This document shows positions 30,187 through 40,265 of a stretch of DNA of 64,000 bases, in pieces. The notes beneath the pieces were generated by a model, which saw only the letters and a list, made by a program, of their open reading frames with translations, was not told the origin of the DNA and made no database searches. Each line of letters begins with the position of its first letter. Positions within the stretch are counted from its first letter, which is position 1. The DNA comes from Nevskia sp. Its GTDB lineage: Bacteria > Pseudomonadota > Gammaproteobacteria > Nevskiales > Nevskiaceae. The stretch is from contig JADGHB010000009.1 in assembly GCA_019689635.1 (NCBI GenBank), positions 2,053-66,052 on the forward strand, read 5' to 3'. Position numbers and translations under genes: made by a program.

Positions 30187-31713
30187 ATGATCACTTTGAA
30201 CCGACGCGTGCGCGAATGCCGGCAGGCCATGCGCCATGCCGAAAACTACGCGACCTGGCGTGAGGCGGCTGCCGAGCTGGATCGCCTGGAAGGCCGCGAC
30301 CGATGGCAGCACGAGGAGGCCAGCGAAGACTACGACTGGCGGCTGATCAAAAGCCGCTTGCAGGAACTGCGCCGCTGTCGCGCGCAGGGCCAGACCCTGC
30401 GCCTGCTGTATCACCTGCGCCAGGGATTGCACTGGAATCTCGCCAACATCGGCAACCCGGCGCTCTACGCCCACGCGCGCGTCGGTACCAAAAAACTGGT
30501 GCAGGACTATCTCGACGAAGTGGTGTCCGCGCTGGAATTCCTGTGCGAGGCGCCCGTGCCCGGACTGAGCGAGGCCGAACGGCTGCGGTTCTTCCGCGAG
30601 ACGGCGCAGTCCTATGGCCGCTCCGCGCTGATGCTGTCCGGCGGCGCCACGCTGGGGCTGTTCCATGTCGGCGTGGTCAAGGCGCTGGTGCTCGAGGACC
30701 TGCTGCCGCAGGTGATCTCCGGCTCCAGCGCCGGGGCGGTGGTGGCCGCGACCCTCGGCACCCGCACGCCGGCCGAGCTGCCGGACCTGCTCGATCCGCG
30801 CCAGGCCTACTATCATTTCTGGAAGCCGCTCAAGCTGCGCGAGATGTGGAGGCGCGGCCTGCTGATGGACCAGCGCCAGATCCGGCGCGCCATCGCCGCC
30901 AACGTCCGCGACTGGACCTTCGAGGAGTCGTACCGGACTTCCGGCCGCATCGTCAATATCACCGTCTCGCCCGCAGGCACCAACCAGCCGCCGCGGCTGC
31001 TCAACTATCTGACGTTTCCCTTCCTGTTTCTGCGCGAGGCCGTGCTGGCGTCCTGCGCGGTGCCGCTGTTGTTCGAACCGGTGCTGCTGATGACGCGCGA
31101 CGAGCACGGTCGCCGCGCGCCCTACATGCCCTCGCTGCGCTGGATCGACGGTTCGCTCAAATCCGATCTGCCCACGCTGCGCCTGCGGCGTTTGTACAAC
31201 GTCAATCATTTCATCGTCAGCCAGACCAATCCGCACATCCTTCCCTTCCTCCACACCGGCGCGGCGCGGCCCAACCTGATCGGCCTGGCGCGCGACTACG
31301 TTTATTCCACGGTGCGCGAATCCGCCCGGCATCTCATCGGCCTGGGCCGGCTCTCCCTGCCGGTGCCGCGCCTGCGCAAGACGCTGGACTACGCCTCGTG
31401 GATCCTGGAGCAGGATTACCGCGGCGACATCACCATCCATCCCAAGGTGACGGTATGGCGCTACGCCCACGTCACCGCCAACCCGCAGCTCGACTCGGTG
31501 CAGCGTTTCATTTTCGAAGGCGAGCGCGCGACCTGGCCGCGGCTGGCGATGATCCGCAACCAGACCGCCATCGCGCGAACCCTGGAACGTTGCCTGCAGC
31601 GGCTGGAAGGAGGGGAGGAATCGCGCCCTGCGAGCGCAGGCGCGCGCGGCGTTTCCGAACGCACGGCCACCCCGGAAGGCGCGCCGTCCTTGCGCCTGGT
31701 GAGACGGCGCTGA
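30187..31713 (+). CDS. DUF3336-domain patatin-like phospholipase/triacylglycerol lipase
   Basis: YGRSALMLSGGATLG, GSSAG nucleophile motif, ASCAVP and WIDGS. ATG 30187 inside the 28885 ORF. Confidence 0.9.
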   Translation: MITLNRRVRECRQAMRHAENYATWREAAAELDRLEGRDRWQHEEASEDYDWRLIKSRLQELRRCRAQGQTLRLLYHLRQGLHWNLANIGNPALYAHARVGTKKLVQDYLDEVVSALEFLCEAPVPGLSEAERLRFFRETAQSYGRSALMLSGGATLGLFHVGVVKALVLEDLLPQVISGSSAGAVVAATLGTRTPAELPDLLDPRQAYYHFWKPLKLREMWRRGLLMDQRQIRRAIAANVRDWTFEESYRTSGRIVNITVSPAGTNQPPRLLNYLTFPFLFLREAVLASCAVPLLFEPVLLMTRDEHGRRAPYMPSLRWIDGSLKSDLPTLRLRRLYNVNHFIVSQTNPHILPFLHTGAARPNLIGLARDYVYSTVRESARHLIGLGRLSLPVPRLRKTLDYASWILEQDYRGDITIHPKVTVWRYAHVTANPQLDSVQRFIFEGERATWPRLAMIRNQTAIARTLERCLQRLEGGEESRPASAGARGVSERTATPEGAPSLRLVRRR

Positions 31714-31716
31714 GGA

Positions 31717-34563
31717 TCACAGCGCGGCGATACGCTCGCGCTGCGCACGCAAGGCCGCCAGATCCTGGCGCAGCTTGTCGCCGAGCGCCCGGGTCTGTTG
31801 CCGCACCGTCTCCGGCGCCTTGACGAAGTTCGGATTGGCGAGCCGCGCTTCCACCCCGGCCAGCTCCTGCTCGGCCTTGGCGATCTGCCGGCCGAGGCGG
31901 GCCAGCTCGGCGTCTTTGTCGATCAGCCCGGCCATCGGCACCAGCAGTTTCAGGCTGCCGCACAAGGCGGTGGCCGAGGGGGGCGCGACTTCGTCCTCGG
32001 CGAGGAATTGCGGCGTGTCCACGCGGGCCAGGAAGCGGATGCTGTCCAGCAGCCGCGCCACGTTCGCGCGGTCGGCGGCCGAGGCGTTCTGCAACAGCAG
32101 GGGGAGCACCTTGCCCGGCGGGAGGTCCATGCCGCTGCGGATCTGGCGCACGCCGAGGATGAAGCGCTTGAGCCATTCCACGCCGGCCTCCGCGTCCGCG
32201 TCGATGCGCTCCTGCCGTGCGCTCGGGTAGGGCTGGAGCATGATCGTCTCGCCCGACTTGCCGGCCAGCGGCGCCACTTTCTGCCACAGTTCCTCGGTGA
32301 TGAAGGGCATGAGCGGATGCAGCAGGCGCAGCACCGCCTCCAGCACGCGCACCAGCGTGCGGCGCGTGCCGCGCTGCTGTTCGGCGCTGCCGGTCTGCAG
32401 CGCCGGTTTGGAGAGCTCGAGATACCAGTCGCAGTACTCGTTCCACACGAACTCGTAGAGCGTTTTCGCCAGCAGGTCGAAGCGGTAGGCGGCGAAGTGC
32501 TCTGCGGCCTCGGCTTCCACGCGCTGCAGGCGCGAGACGATCCAGCGATCGGCCTCGCTGAACGCGCAGGGCGCGGCCGGGTCGAGCCCGGTGTCGCATC
32601 CCGCGCAGTTCATCGCCACGTAGCGCGCCGCGTTCCACAGTTTGTTGCAGAAGTTGCGGTAGCCCTCGGCGCGGCTGAAGTCGAAGCGGATGTCGCGGCC
32701 GGGGCTGGCCAGCGCGGCGAAAGTGAAGCGCAGCGCGTCCGCGCCCACGGCCTGGATGCCGTTGGGATACTCGCGGCGCGTGGCTTTCTCGATCTGCGGC
32801 GCGGTTTCCGGCTTCATCAGACCGGTGGTGCGCTTGCGCACCAGCGCCTCGAGCGAGATGCCGTCGATCAGGTCCAGCGGATCGAGCACGTTACCCTTGG
32901 ACTTGCTCATCTTCTGGCCTTCGCTGTCGCGGATCAGGCCGTGGATGTAGACTTCGCGGAACGGCACCTGCTCGTGTGGCGGTTGGTCGCGGCGCAGGTA
33001 CATCCCCATCATCACCATGCGCGCCACCCAGAAGAAGATGATGTCGAAGCCGGTCACCAGCACGCTGGTGGGATAGAACTTGCGCAGTTCGGGCGTCTCC
33101 TGCGGCCAGCCGAGCGTGGCCAGCGGCCAGATGTCGGACGAAAACCAGGTGTCGAACACGTCCTCGTCCTGCCTCAAGGCGTGCTCCGCGCCCAGGCGGT
33201 AGCGGGCGCGCACCTCCGCCTCGCTGCGGCCGACGTAGACCTTGCCGGTCTCGTCATACCAGGCGGGGATGCGATGGCCCCACCATAGCTGGCGGCTGAT
33301 GCACCAGTCCTGGATGTTGCCGAGCCATTGGTTGTAGGTGTTGATCCAGTTCTCGGGCACGAAGCGGATGCGGCCGTCGGCGAAGGCGTCCAGCGCGGGC
33401 TTCGTGATCGCGGTCCAGCCGCCGGGACGGCCGTCGGGCAGCTCCTTGCGCGTGAGATCGACGAACCACTGGTCGGTGAGATAAGGCTCCAGCACCGCGC
33501 CGGTGCGATCGCCGCGCGGCACCTTGAGCTTGTGGTCCTCGATTCTCTCGATCAGGCCGGCGGCCTTGAGGTCGGCCACGATACGGCGGCGCGCCTCGAA
33601 GCGGTCCAGCCCGCGGTACGCCGCCGGAGCCGCGTCGTTGATCGCCGCGCGCGGCGTGAAGATGTTGAGCAATGGCAACTGGTGTCGCTGTCCCACCACG
33701 TAGTCGTTGAAGTCGTGCGCCGGCGTGATCTTGACGCAGCCGGTGCCGAATTCGCGGTCCACGGAGTCGTCGGCGATGATGGGAATCTCGCGATCGCACA
33801 GCGGCAGTAGCACGCGCTTGCCGATCAATTCCCGGTAGCGCTCGTCGTCCGGATGCACCGCCACCGCGACGTCGCCGAGCAGGGTTTCGGGGCGCGTGGT
33901 GGCCACGACGATGTAGCTCTTCCGGGCGCCATCCGCAGCGACGTACGTCGCGCCGCCGGCGAGCGGATAGCGGATGTGCCAGAGCTGGCCGTGTTCCTCC
34001 TGCTGGACGACTTCCAGGTCGGAGATCGCGGTCTGCAAGACCGGGTCCCAGTTCACCAAGCGCTGGCCGCGGTAGATCAGGCCGTCTTCGTACAAGCGCA
34101 CGAAGTGCTCGATCACCGCTTTCGAGTACTCCTCGTCCATGGTGAACTTGGCGCGCGACCAGTCCACCGAGCTGCCCATCCGGCGGATGCCTTGCTCGAT
34201 GGTGCCGCCGGAGTAGCGCTTCCACTCCCAGACTTTCTCGATGAATTTTTCGCGGCCGAGCTCGATGCGCGAGGTGCCTTCGAGCTTGAGGTTGCGCTCC
34301 ACCACCATCTGCGTGGCGATGCCGGCGTGGTCGGTGCCGGGCTGCCACAGCGTGTCGCGACCACGCATGCGGTGGTAGCGGACCAGCGCGTCCATGAGGG
34401 TGTGCTGGAACGCGTGGCCCATGTGCAGCGTGCCGGTCACGTTGGGCGGCGGCAGCATGATGCAGTAAGGCTCGCCGCGGCCCGACGGCGCGAACCAGCC
34501 GCGGCGTTCCCACTGCTCGCGCCAGCGCGCCTCGACGGCGCGGGGATCGTAGGTTTTTTCCAT
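31717..34563 (-). CDS. valS: Valine--tRNA ligase
   Basis: MEKTYDP start, [25 protein letters not shown] and KMSKS motifs. Confidence 0.98.
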   Translation of the reverse strand: MEKTYDPRAVEARWREQWERRGWFAPSGRGEPYCIMLPPPNVTGTLHMGHAFQHTLMDALVRYHRMRGRDTLWQPGTDHAGIATQMVVERNLKLEGTSRIELGREKFIEKVWEWKRYSGGTIEQGIRRMGSSVDWSRAKFTMDEEYSKAVIEHFVRLYEDGLIYRGQRLVNWDPVLQTAISDLEVVQQEEHGQLWHIRYPLAGGATYVAADGARKSYIVVATTRPETLLGDVAVAVHPDDERYRELIGKRVLLPLCDREIPIIADDSVDREFGTGCVKITPAHDFNDYVVGQRHQLPLLNIFTPRAAINDAAPAAYRGLDRFEARRRIVADLKAAGLIERIEDHKLKVPRGDRTGAVLEPYLTDQWFVDLTRKELPDGRPGGWTAITKPALDAFADGRIRFVPENWINTYNQWLGNIQDWCISRQLWWGHRIPAWYDETGKVYVGRSEAEVRARYRLGAEHALRQDEDVFDTWFSSDIWPLATLGWPQETPELRKFYPTSVLVTGFDIIFFWVARMVMMGMYLRRDQPPHEQVPFREVYIHGLIRDSEGQKMSKSKGNVLDPLDLIDGISLEALVRKRTTGLMKPETAPQIEKATRREYPNGIQAVGADALRFTFAALASPGRDIRFDFSRAEGYRNFCNKLWNAARYVAMNCAGCDTGLDPAAPCAFSEADRWIVSRLQRVEAEAAEHFAAYRFDLLAKTLYEFVWNEYCDWYLELSKPALQTGSAEQQRGTRRTLVRVLEAVLRLLHPLMPFITEELWQKVAPLAGKSGETIMLQPYPSARQERIDADAEAGVEWLKRFILGVRQIRSGMDLPPGKVLPLLLQNASAADRANVARLLDSIRFLARVDTPQFLAEDEVAPPSATALCGSLKLLVPMAGLIDKDAELARLGRQIAKAEQELAGVEARLANPNFVKAPETVRQQTRALGDKLRQDLAALRAQRERIAAL

Positions 34564-34641
34564 GTCGCTGAAGGAATCCGTCGCGCGCGGCGCCGGGACG
34601 GGTGGTGTTCGCAAGCTTATTTTAGTGGCGCCGGAGGCAGG

Positions 34642-35064
34642 TTATTTGGCGGAGTTGGGCGGCATGGCCCGGGTGTCCGGCTGGTCGCAGTTGGGGCCGC
34701 GCACGGCGTCGACTTCGTCCACGATGCCGTCCTTCACCACGACCACGACTTCGTCACGGTTTTCGCAGGCGAAACTCCAGCGACCGGGCTTGGCCACGCA
34801 GGCGAGGAAGCGCGCGGCACTGCGCTGGTTGCCGGATTCGTCCACGAAATTGCCCTGCCGCGGGGTGCAGCCATAACCGAGCCCGGACAGCTTCGCCTCG
34901 GCTTCGTCGCTCGAGATCCCCACCGGCACCGCGGCGTGGATGCGCTCGCGCTCGCGCGGGTCCACGCTCTGACCGAAGCCTTGCCCGATCCAGCCCAGTC
35001 CGCTACAAGCGCCGACCAGGAGCGCCGCGCAGCCCGCCGCAATCGCAAGGAGAGGGGTTTTCAT
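34642..35064 (-). CDS. Hypothetical lipoprotein
   Basis: Lipobox LVGAC after a short signal peptide; several cysteines. Confidence 0.7.
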   Translation of the reverse strand: MKTPLLAIAAGCAALLVGACSGLGWIGQGFGQSVDPRERERIHAAVPVGISSDEAEAKLSGLGYGCTPRQGNFVDESGNQRSAARFLACVAKPGRWSFACENRDEVVVVVKDGIVDEVDAVRGPNCDQPDTRAMPPNSAK

Positions 35065-35075
35065 GAGGGCGGCAC

Positions 35076-35498
35076 TCAAAGTTTGTGGCTGGTCAGTTGG
35101 TAGCCGCGGTCGCGGTAAAACTTGTAGCGGCCGCGCGAAGCGGCGCGGCTTTCCGCATCGCCGGCGACGATCTCCAGCACGCGCTCGAAATGGCTGAAGA
35201 ACGCCGGCACTTCGGCGTTAAGGTTGATCATCACGTCATGATAGTCGGCCGGCGGCTCGGCGCTGCCGATCAGCACGGCGGGCAGCGGCGGTTCGAGGGT
35301 CGCGCCGGCCCGCTCGTGGCTGATGAAGCTGCCCTGGCGGAAACTCCAGAGCAGGTCCTCCAGTGCGGCGGCGGTTTCCTCCGGCGCATGCAGGTAGATG
35401 CGATGGCCGACGGCGACCGCCTTGTCGCACAGCTTGCAGGCGGTCAGCGCGCCGTCGCGCTCGGTTTCGGGCAGCACGTAGAAGTCGATGCGGGTCAT
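35076..35498 (-). CDS. holC: DNA polymerase III chi subunit
   Basis: MTRIDFYVL, LLWSF...SFISH and R.RYKFYRDRGY motifs; canonical pepA-holC-valS order. Confidence 0.95.
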   Translation of the reverse strand: MTRIDFYVLPETERDGALTACKLCDKAVAVGHRIYLHAPEETAAALEDLLWSFRQGSFISHERAGATLEPPLPAVLIGSAEPPADYHDVMINLNAEVPAFFSHFERVLEIVAGDAESRAASRGRYKFYRDRGYQLTSHKL

Positions 35499-37003
35499 GA
35501 CTCCCGCTTCGCGGCATGGTTCAGCAGATATTGCACCAGCAGCGGGACCGGGCGACCGGTCGCCTTCTTGCCATGCCAGGCGGTGCCGGCGATGTCCAGG
35601 TGCGCCCACTTCATCTTCTTGGTGAATTTGTGCAAGAAGGTGGCGCCGATGATGGCACCGGCCTCGCGTCCGCCGACGGTGGCGATGTTGGCGATGTCCG
35701 CGAACTCGCTCTTGATCTGCGGTTCGTACTCCGGCCACAACGGCAGCTCCCAGGCGCGGTCGCCGATCTGCTCGCCGGCGGCGAGCAGCGCCCGGCCCAG
35801 CGCCGGGGTATTGGTGAACAGGCCCGAGGCATGGCTGCCCAGAGCGACGACGCAGGCGCCGGTGAGCGTGGCCATGTCGATGCATACCGTGGGCTGGTAG
35901 TTTTTCTCCACGTAGGTCAGCGCGTCGCACAGGATGAGCCGGCCCTCGGCGTCGGTGTTGAGCACCTCGATGGTGATGCCGGCCATGGACTTGACGATGT
36001 CGCCGGGCTTGTTGGCCTGGCCGTCGGGCAGGTTTTCCGAGGCGGGGATGGCGCCGACCAGATTCAGCGGCAGCTTGAGCGCCGCGGCGGCCGCGAAGGC
36101 GCCGAGCACCGCGGCGCCGCCGCACATGTCGAATTTCATCTCGTCCATCTTGTCCGCCGGCTTGAGGCTGATGCCGCCGGCGTCGAAGGTGAGCCCCTTG
36201 CCGACCAGGGCGATGGGCTTTTCCTCCTTGGCGCCCGCGAGGTATTCGAGCAGGATCAACTTGGGCGGCTGGCGGCTGCCGCGCGCCACGGAGAGCAGCG
36301 CGCCCATGCCGAGCTTTTCCATGTCGGCCTGCTCCAGCACCTTGACCGCGATGGTCTTGTGCCGCCGCGCCAGCGCCTGCGCCTGTTCGGCGAGATAAGT
36401 CGGGGTGCACACGTTGCCCGGCAAGTTGCCCAGCGTTTTGGCGAGATTGACGCCTTCGACGATCGCCAGCGCCTCGCTCAGACCGCGTTCCCCCTCGGGC
36501 AGGTCGCTGCGGCGCGGGACGTCGATCGCCACGCGCGCGAGCTTGGGCTGCGGCAACTCCTTGCGTGCCTGCTCACCGCGCAGCGCGTCGAGGCGATAGA
36601 ACGCGTCCTCGAAGCTCAGCACGGCCTGCTGCACGTTCCAGCGCCAGTCGCGGCCCTTGACCGGCTGGTGGCTGAGATAGCTCACCGCGTCGACCGCGCC
36701 GGTCGCGCGCAGCGCCTTGGCCGCGGCCGCATGCGCTTTGCGGTACGCGGCTTCGTCGAAGTCGCGTTCGCGGCCTAAGCCCACCAGCAGGACGCGATCG
36801 CACAACACGCCCGCAGGCTTGTGCAAGAGCAGGGTGGTGCCGAGCTTGCCGTCCATGTCGCCGCGGCGCATGATGCTGGCCACGGTGCCGGAGGCGTCGA
36901 GCGCGGCTGCCGCCGCGCTGGGCTTGCGGCGCTCGAAAATGCCGACCACGACGCAGGCCGCGCGCTGTTTTTCCGGGCTACCGCTTTTGACCGAATATTC
37001 CAT
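35495..37003 (-). CDS. pepA: Leucyl aminopeptidase PepA
   Basis: VGKGLTFDAGGISLKP, MKFDMCG, NTDAEGRL and HLDIAG motifs. Confidence 0.97.
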   Translation of the reverse strand: MEYSVKSGSPEKQRAACVVVGIFERRKPSAAAAALDASGTVASIMRRGDMDGKLGTTLLLHKPAGVLCDRVLLVGLGRERDFDEAAYRKAHAAAAKALRATGAVDAVSYLSHQPVKGRDWRWNVQQAVLSFEDAFYRLDALRGEQARKELPQPKLARVAIDVPRRSDLPEGERGLSEALAIVEGVNLAKTLGNLPGNVCTPTYLAEQAQALARRHKTIAVKVLEQADMEKLGMGALLSVARGSRQPPKLILLEYLAGAKEEKPIALVGKGLTFDAGGISLKPADKMDEMKFDMCGGAAVLGAFAAAAALKLPLNLVGAIPASENLPDGQANKPGDIVKSMAGITIEVLNTDAEGRLILCDALTYVEKNYQPTVCIDMATLTGACVVALGSHASGLFTNTPALGRALLAAGEQIGDRAWELPLWPEYEPQIKSEFADIANIATVGGREAGAIIGATFLHKFTKKMKWAHLDIAGTAWHGKKATGRPVPLLVQYLLNHAAKRES

Positions 37004-37233
37004 TTTTCTCCTTCCATGCCGAGCGCCGAATCCCCGACGTTGCCGAGTTCGATGTGCGAGCGCGGATCGCCGATGCGCCGTGCGAGCGCGCCGCCGTTTG
37101 GGACCAGACGTGGCGCGGGTTTCCAGGTGGGTGGACGAAACGGAAGTTTAAAACATCCGGCGCCGGCCGCCATCCTGCGTCCGCCGCGCCGGGAAAATCC
37201 CGCTTTTCGGGCGCCGCGGGCGCGCGCACGGCC

Positions 37234-38310
37234 ATGAACCGGCGTCTGCTCGACCGCTATCTGCTGCGCGAAACCGCCGCCGCCTGGCTGGCGGTGACCG
37301 TGGTGCTGCTGGCGATCATGCTGTCCACGCGCTTCGCCAGCGTGCTCAACTTCGCCGCCAAGGGCGAGATCCCGCGCGATCTGCTGTTCGACGTGGCCAT
37401 GCTCTCGACCCTGCGTTATCTGGTGATCCTGATCCCGGCCTCGCTGCTGCTGGCGATCATGATCGCGCTCGGACGGCTGTATAGCGACAACGAGATCACC
37501 GCGATGAGCGCCTGCGGGATGAGTCCGCGCCAGCTTTACCGGCCATTCCTGAGCCTCGCCGTGCTGCTGATGCTGCTGACCGCGGCACTGGCCTTCCAGA
37601 TCGGACCGTGGGCGGGGCGGCAGGCGGACTACCTGGTCAAGGACGCCAAGCGCATGTTGCAGCTCATGCCTTTGGAAGCGGGCCAGTTCCGCAGCCTCGC
37701 CGGCGGCCGCGCGGTGTTCTACACCGCGGCCATGGATCCCGGCGGCGAGCGCTTCGGACAGGTTTTCGCGCACCTCGAGCCGGAGCGCGGCCAACCCAGC
37801 GTGGTGGTCGCCGATCACGGCCGGCAGCGCATCGATCCGTCGAGTGGCGACCGCGTGGTGGTGCTGGAGGACGGCTACCGTTATGTCGGCACCCCGGGCA
37901 GCGCCGACTACGACGTGGTCAAGTTCCGCGAGCTGACGCTGCGCCTGTCGCCGCCGCCGTTCATCTATTTCAACGACCAGCGCGTGCTGGCGCCCACCCA
38001 GGCGCTGCTCGGCTCGCGCGACCCGCGCGATCAGGCCGAGTTGCAGGCGCGTCTGGCGGCGCCGCTGTCGGTGCTGTTGCTCGCGCTGCTCGCGGTGCCG
38101 CTGTCCCATCTCAAGCCGCGCGAGGGGCGCTACGGCAAGCTGGTGCTGGGCATACTCGCCTATCTGGTCTATGCCAACCTCATCAGCCTCGGCCAGAGCT
38201 GGATCGGCAAGGGACTGATCCCCGCGGGCGTCGGCCTGTGGTGGGTGCATGGCGTGGTGCTGTCCGCGACGCTGTGGTTGATGGCGCGCCGCCAGAGCTT
38301 CGTGCGATGA
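37234..38310 (+). CDS. lptF: LPS export ABC transporter permease LptF
   Basis: LLDRYLLRE start, LGRLYSDNEI, and PREGRYGKL; divergent from pepA. Confidence 0.95.
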   Translation: MNRRLLDRYLLRETAAAWLAVTVVLLAIMLSTRFASVLNFAAKGEIPRDLLFDVAMLSTLRYLVILIPASLLLAIMIALGRLYSDNEITAMSACGMSPRQLYRPFLSLAVLLMLLTAALAFQIGPWAGRQADYLVKDAKRMLQLMPLEAGQFRSLAGGRAVFYTAAMDPGGERFGQVFAHLEPERGQPSVVVADHGRQRIDPSSGDRVVVLEDGYRYVGTPGSADYDVVKFRELTLRLSPPPFIYFNDQRVLAPTQALLGSRDPRDQAELQARLAAPLSVLLLALLAVPLSHLKPREGRYGKLVLGILAYLVYANLISLGQSWIGKGLIPAGVGLWWVHGVVLSATLWLMARRQSFVR

Positions 38311-39365
38311 ACCGCCTCGACCGCTACGTGTTGCGCCACGTCCTGGAGCTGACCGCGGTGGTGGGACTGGCGCTGGTGGCGATCTACACCGTGGTCAATT
38401 TCCTCGCCGGACTCGGGGAAACCGGTCAAGGCGATCTCGGCGTCGGCGCGGTGATCGAGTACAGCCTGTTGCTGGTGCCAAGCAGCCTTTACATCCTCAT
38501 GCCGATCGTCGCCCTGCTCGGCACGCTGCTGGGCATCGGTCAGCTCGCGCGCCACGGCGAACTGACCGCGCTGCGTTGCGCCGGCGTCTCGCTCGCGCGC
38601 ATCGGCGGCGCGACGCTGGCGGCGGGCCTGCTGCTCGCGGTCTTGACCTACGCGCTCGGCGACTGGCTGGGCCCCATGGGCGAGCGCCTCGCCGCCGAGT
38701 TGCACGAGTCCGGACACGGCAAGGGGGCCGACGTCGGCAAATCGCGCTGGCTGCGCGATGCCGACCGGGTGGTGCGCATCCGTCAGCTCGACGCCGCCGA
38801 TCACATCCGCGAGGTCACGGTCTATCAGCTCGGCCCCGACGGGCGCCTGCAGGCGGCGCTGGCGGTGGACGAAGGCCGTTACGTGGACGGCCACTGGCAG
38901 CTTTCCGGCGTACGACGCAGCGACTTTGGCGCCGATCGCATCCAGGTCAGTCGGCAGGCCGAGGTGCAGATCGACGGCGGCATCAGCCCCAAGGTCCTGC
39001 AACTGTTCATTCTCGAGGCCGGCAGCCTGTCGGTGCCGGGTCTGCTGAGACTGATCGCTTACATGGACGACAACCATCTCGACGCGGGCAAGTACCGCCT
39101 GCTGTTGTGGCGGCGCCTGGTCGAACCGTTCACCGTGATGGTGATGATGCTGTTCGCGGTGCCTTTCGTCACCGGTCAGCTGCGCGACGTCGGCACCGGC
39201 CAGAAGCTCCTGGCCGGCGCCTTGGTCGGCATCGTGTTTTACGTGGTCAACAAAGTCTCGGTCAGCCTGGGCGATCTCTACCAGTGGCCGGCACCGCTGG
39301 CCGCCGGCGTACCCACCGTGCTGCTCGCGCTCTACGCCGGGTGGCGTCTGCGACGTGCGAGCTGA
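38307..39365 (+). CDS. lptG: LPS export ABC transporter permease LptG
   Basis: ATGA overlap with lptF; LDRYVLR and LGQLA..GEL motifs. Confidence 0.95.
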   Translation: MNRLDRYVLRHVLELTAVVGLALVAIYTVVNFLAGLGETGQGDLGVGAVIEYSLLLVPSSLYILMPIVALLGTLLGIGQLARHGELTALRCAGVSLARIGGATLAAGLLLAVLTYALGDWLGPMGERLAAELHESGHGKGADVGKSRWLRDADRVVRIRQLDAADHIREVTVYQLGPDGRLQAALAVDEGRYVDGHWQLSGVRRSDFGADRIQVSRQAEVQIDGGISPKVLQLFILEAGSLSVPGLLRLIAYMDDNHLDAGKYRLLLWRRLVEPFTVMVMMLFAVPFVTGQLRDVGTGQKLLAGALVGIVFYVVNKVSVSLGDLYQWPAPLAAGVPTVLLALYAGWRLRRAS

Positions 39366-39442
39366 ATTGGACAGGGATTGGCGGTTCGCGGTCGGAACTA
39401 GCGGTCGCAGGCCGGTCCCCAACGGAAGTGACGACCGTATCG

Positions 39443-39955
39443 TCAGGCTTTCGGCAGCAACACCAGCTCGGTGCCGGCGATCCGGTCCTGTGGCGCGCGG
39501 CGGCGACGATCCAGCAGGACACTGCCCCAGCCCGCAAGGGCGGCGAGCGCGGTGACGCAAAGCGCGGCTTCGCGATGCGGCAGCGGCGCCTGCGTCGGCA
39601 GCGCCGCGATCAAGAACGGCGCCAGCGTCAGGCCCCAGGCGCACAGCATGGCGCCGTAACGCACGATCGCCACGGGCCAGCGCAAGGATGAGCCATCCGT
39701 GCGACGCAGCTTGAGTCGCCAGGTGCGCATGCCGAGCGTCTGGCCGCCGCGGGTCCATGACAGGCCAAAGTACGTCAGGCCCGCCAGGAACAGGTACAGC
39801 CGCAGCAGCGTCCAGTTACGTTCGAGCCCCAGCGACTGTCGCAGCAGGAGATCGAGGGACAGCCCGGCGAGCCAGATCGCGGCGAGCAGCAGGCCGTCGT
39901 AGAGGGCAGCGGCGAGCCGCCGCCAGATCGGCGCGGGCAAGACCAGGGAGGTCAT
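39443..39955 (-). CDS. RDD-family membrane protein
   Basis: WRRLAAALYD, GQTLGMRTWRL and QDRIAGT motifs. Confidence 0.9.
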   Translation of the reverse strand: MTSLVLPAPIWRRLAAALYDGLLLAAIWLAGLSLDLLLRQSLGLERNWTLLRLYLFLAGLTYFGLSWTRGGQTLGMRTWRLKLRRTDGSSLRWPVAIVRYGAMLCAWGLTLAPFLIAALPTQAPLPHREAALCVTALAALAGWGSVLLDRRRRAPQDRIAGTELVLLPKA

Positions 39956-39965
39956 GAAAGCGAGC

Positions 39966-40130
39966 TGGCGTCTGTGTGACCGCAGATTCGAACAGCGAAC
40001 AGTGTTCAAGCCTTGGCTGACCCGCGGCGCCGGACCTACAGCAAAGGCTTGGCGCTCCTACCGGGATTCGAACAGCGAACGGTGTTCAAGCCTTCGTTGA
40101 CCACGCGGCGCCGGATTCGTAGCAAAGATT
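39966..40130 (-). repeat. Two approximately 80-bp tandem units, each ending in a copy of the tRNA-Glu 3' end
   Basis: TGGCGCTCCTACCGGGATTCGAAC occurs at 40131-40154 (the tRNA) and 40050-40073, with a degenerate copy at 39966-39993. The intervening spacers are also homologous. Confidence 0.9.
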
Positions 40131-40206
40131 TGGCGCTCCTACCGGGATTCGAACCCGGGTTTAAGCCTTGAGAGGGCTCCGTCCTAGGCCTCTAGACGAT
40201 AGGAGC
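40131..40206 (-). tRNA. tRNA-Glu(CTC)
   Basis: GCTCCTA acceptor stem, D-arm GTCTAGAGGCCTAGGAC, loop CTCTCAA, GGTTCGAATCC, CCA end. Confidence 0.97.
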
Positions 40207-40265
40207 GCGGTGCGGGAGTGCGTATTATACGGATCGCGCGTGCCGAACGCGCACTCCAAACAAAA

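Noticed and set aside
39966-40206. CRISPR array interpretation of the ~80-bp repeats
   Set aside because: The 'spacers' are homologous to each other, the repeat is the tRNA 3' end, and there are no cas genes in the window.
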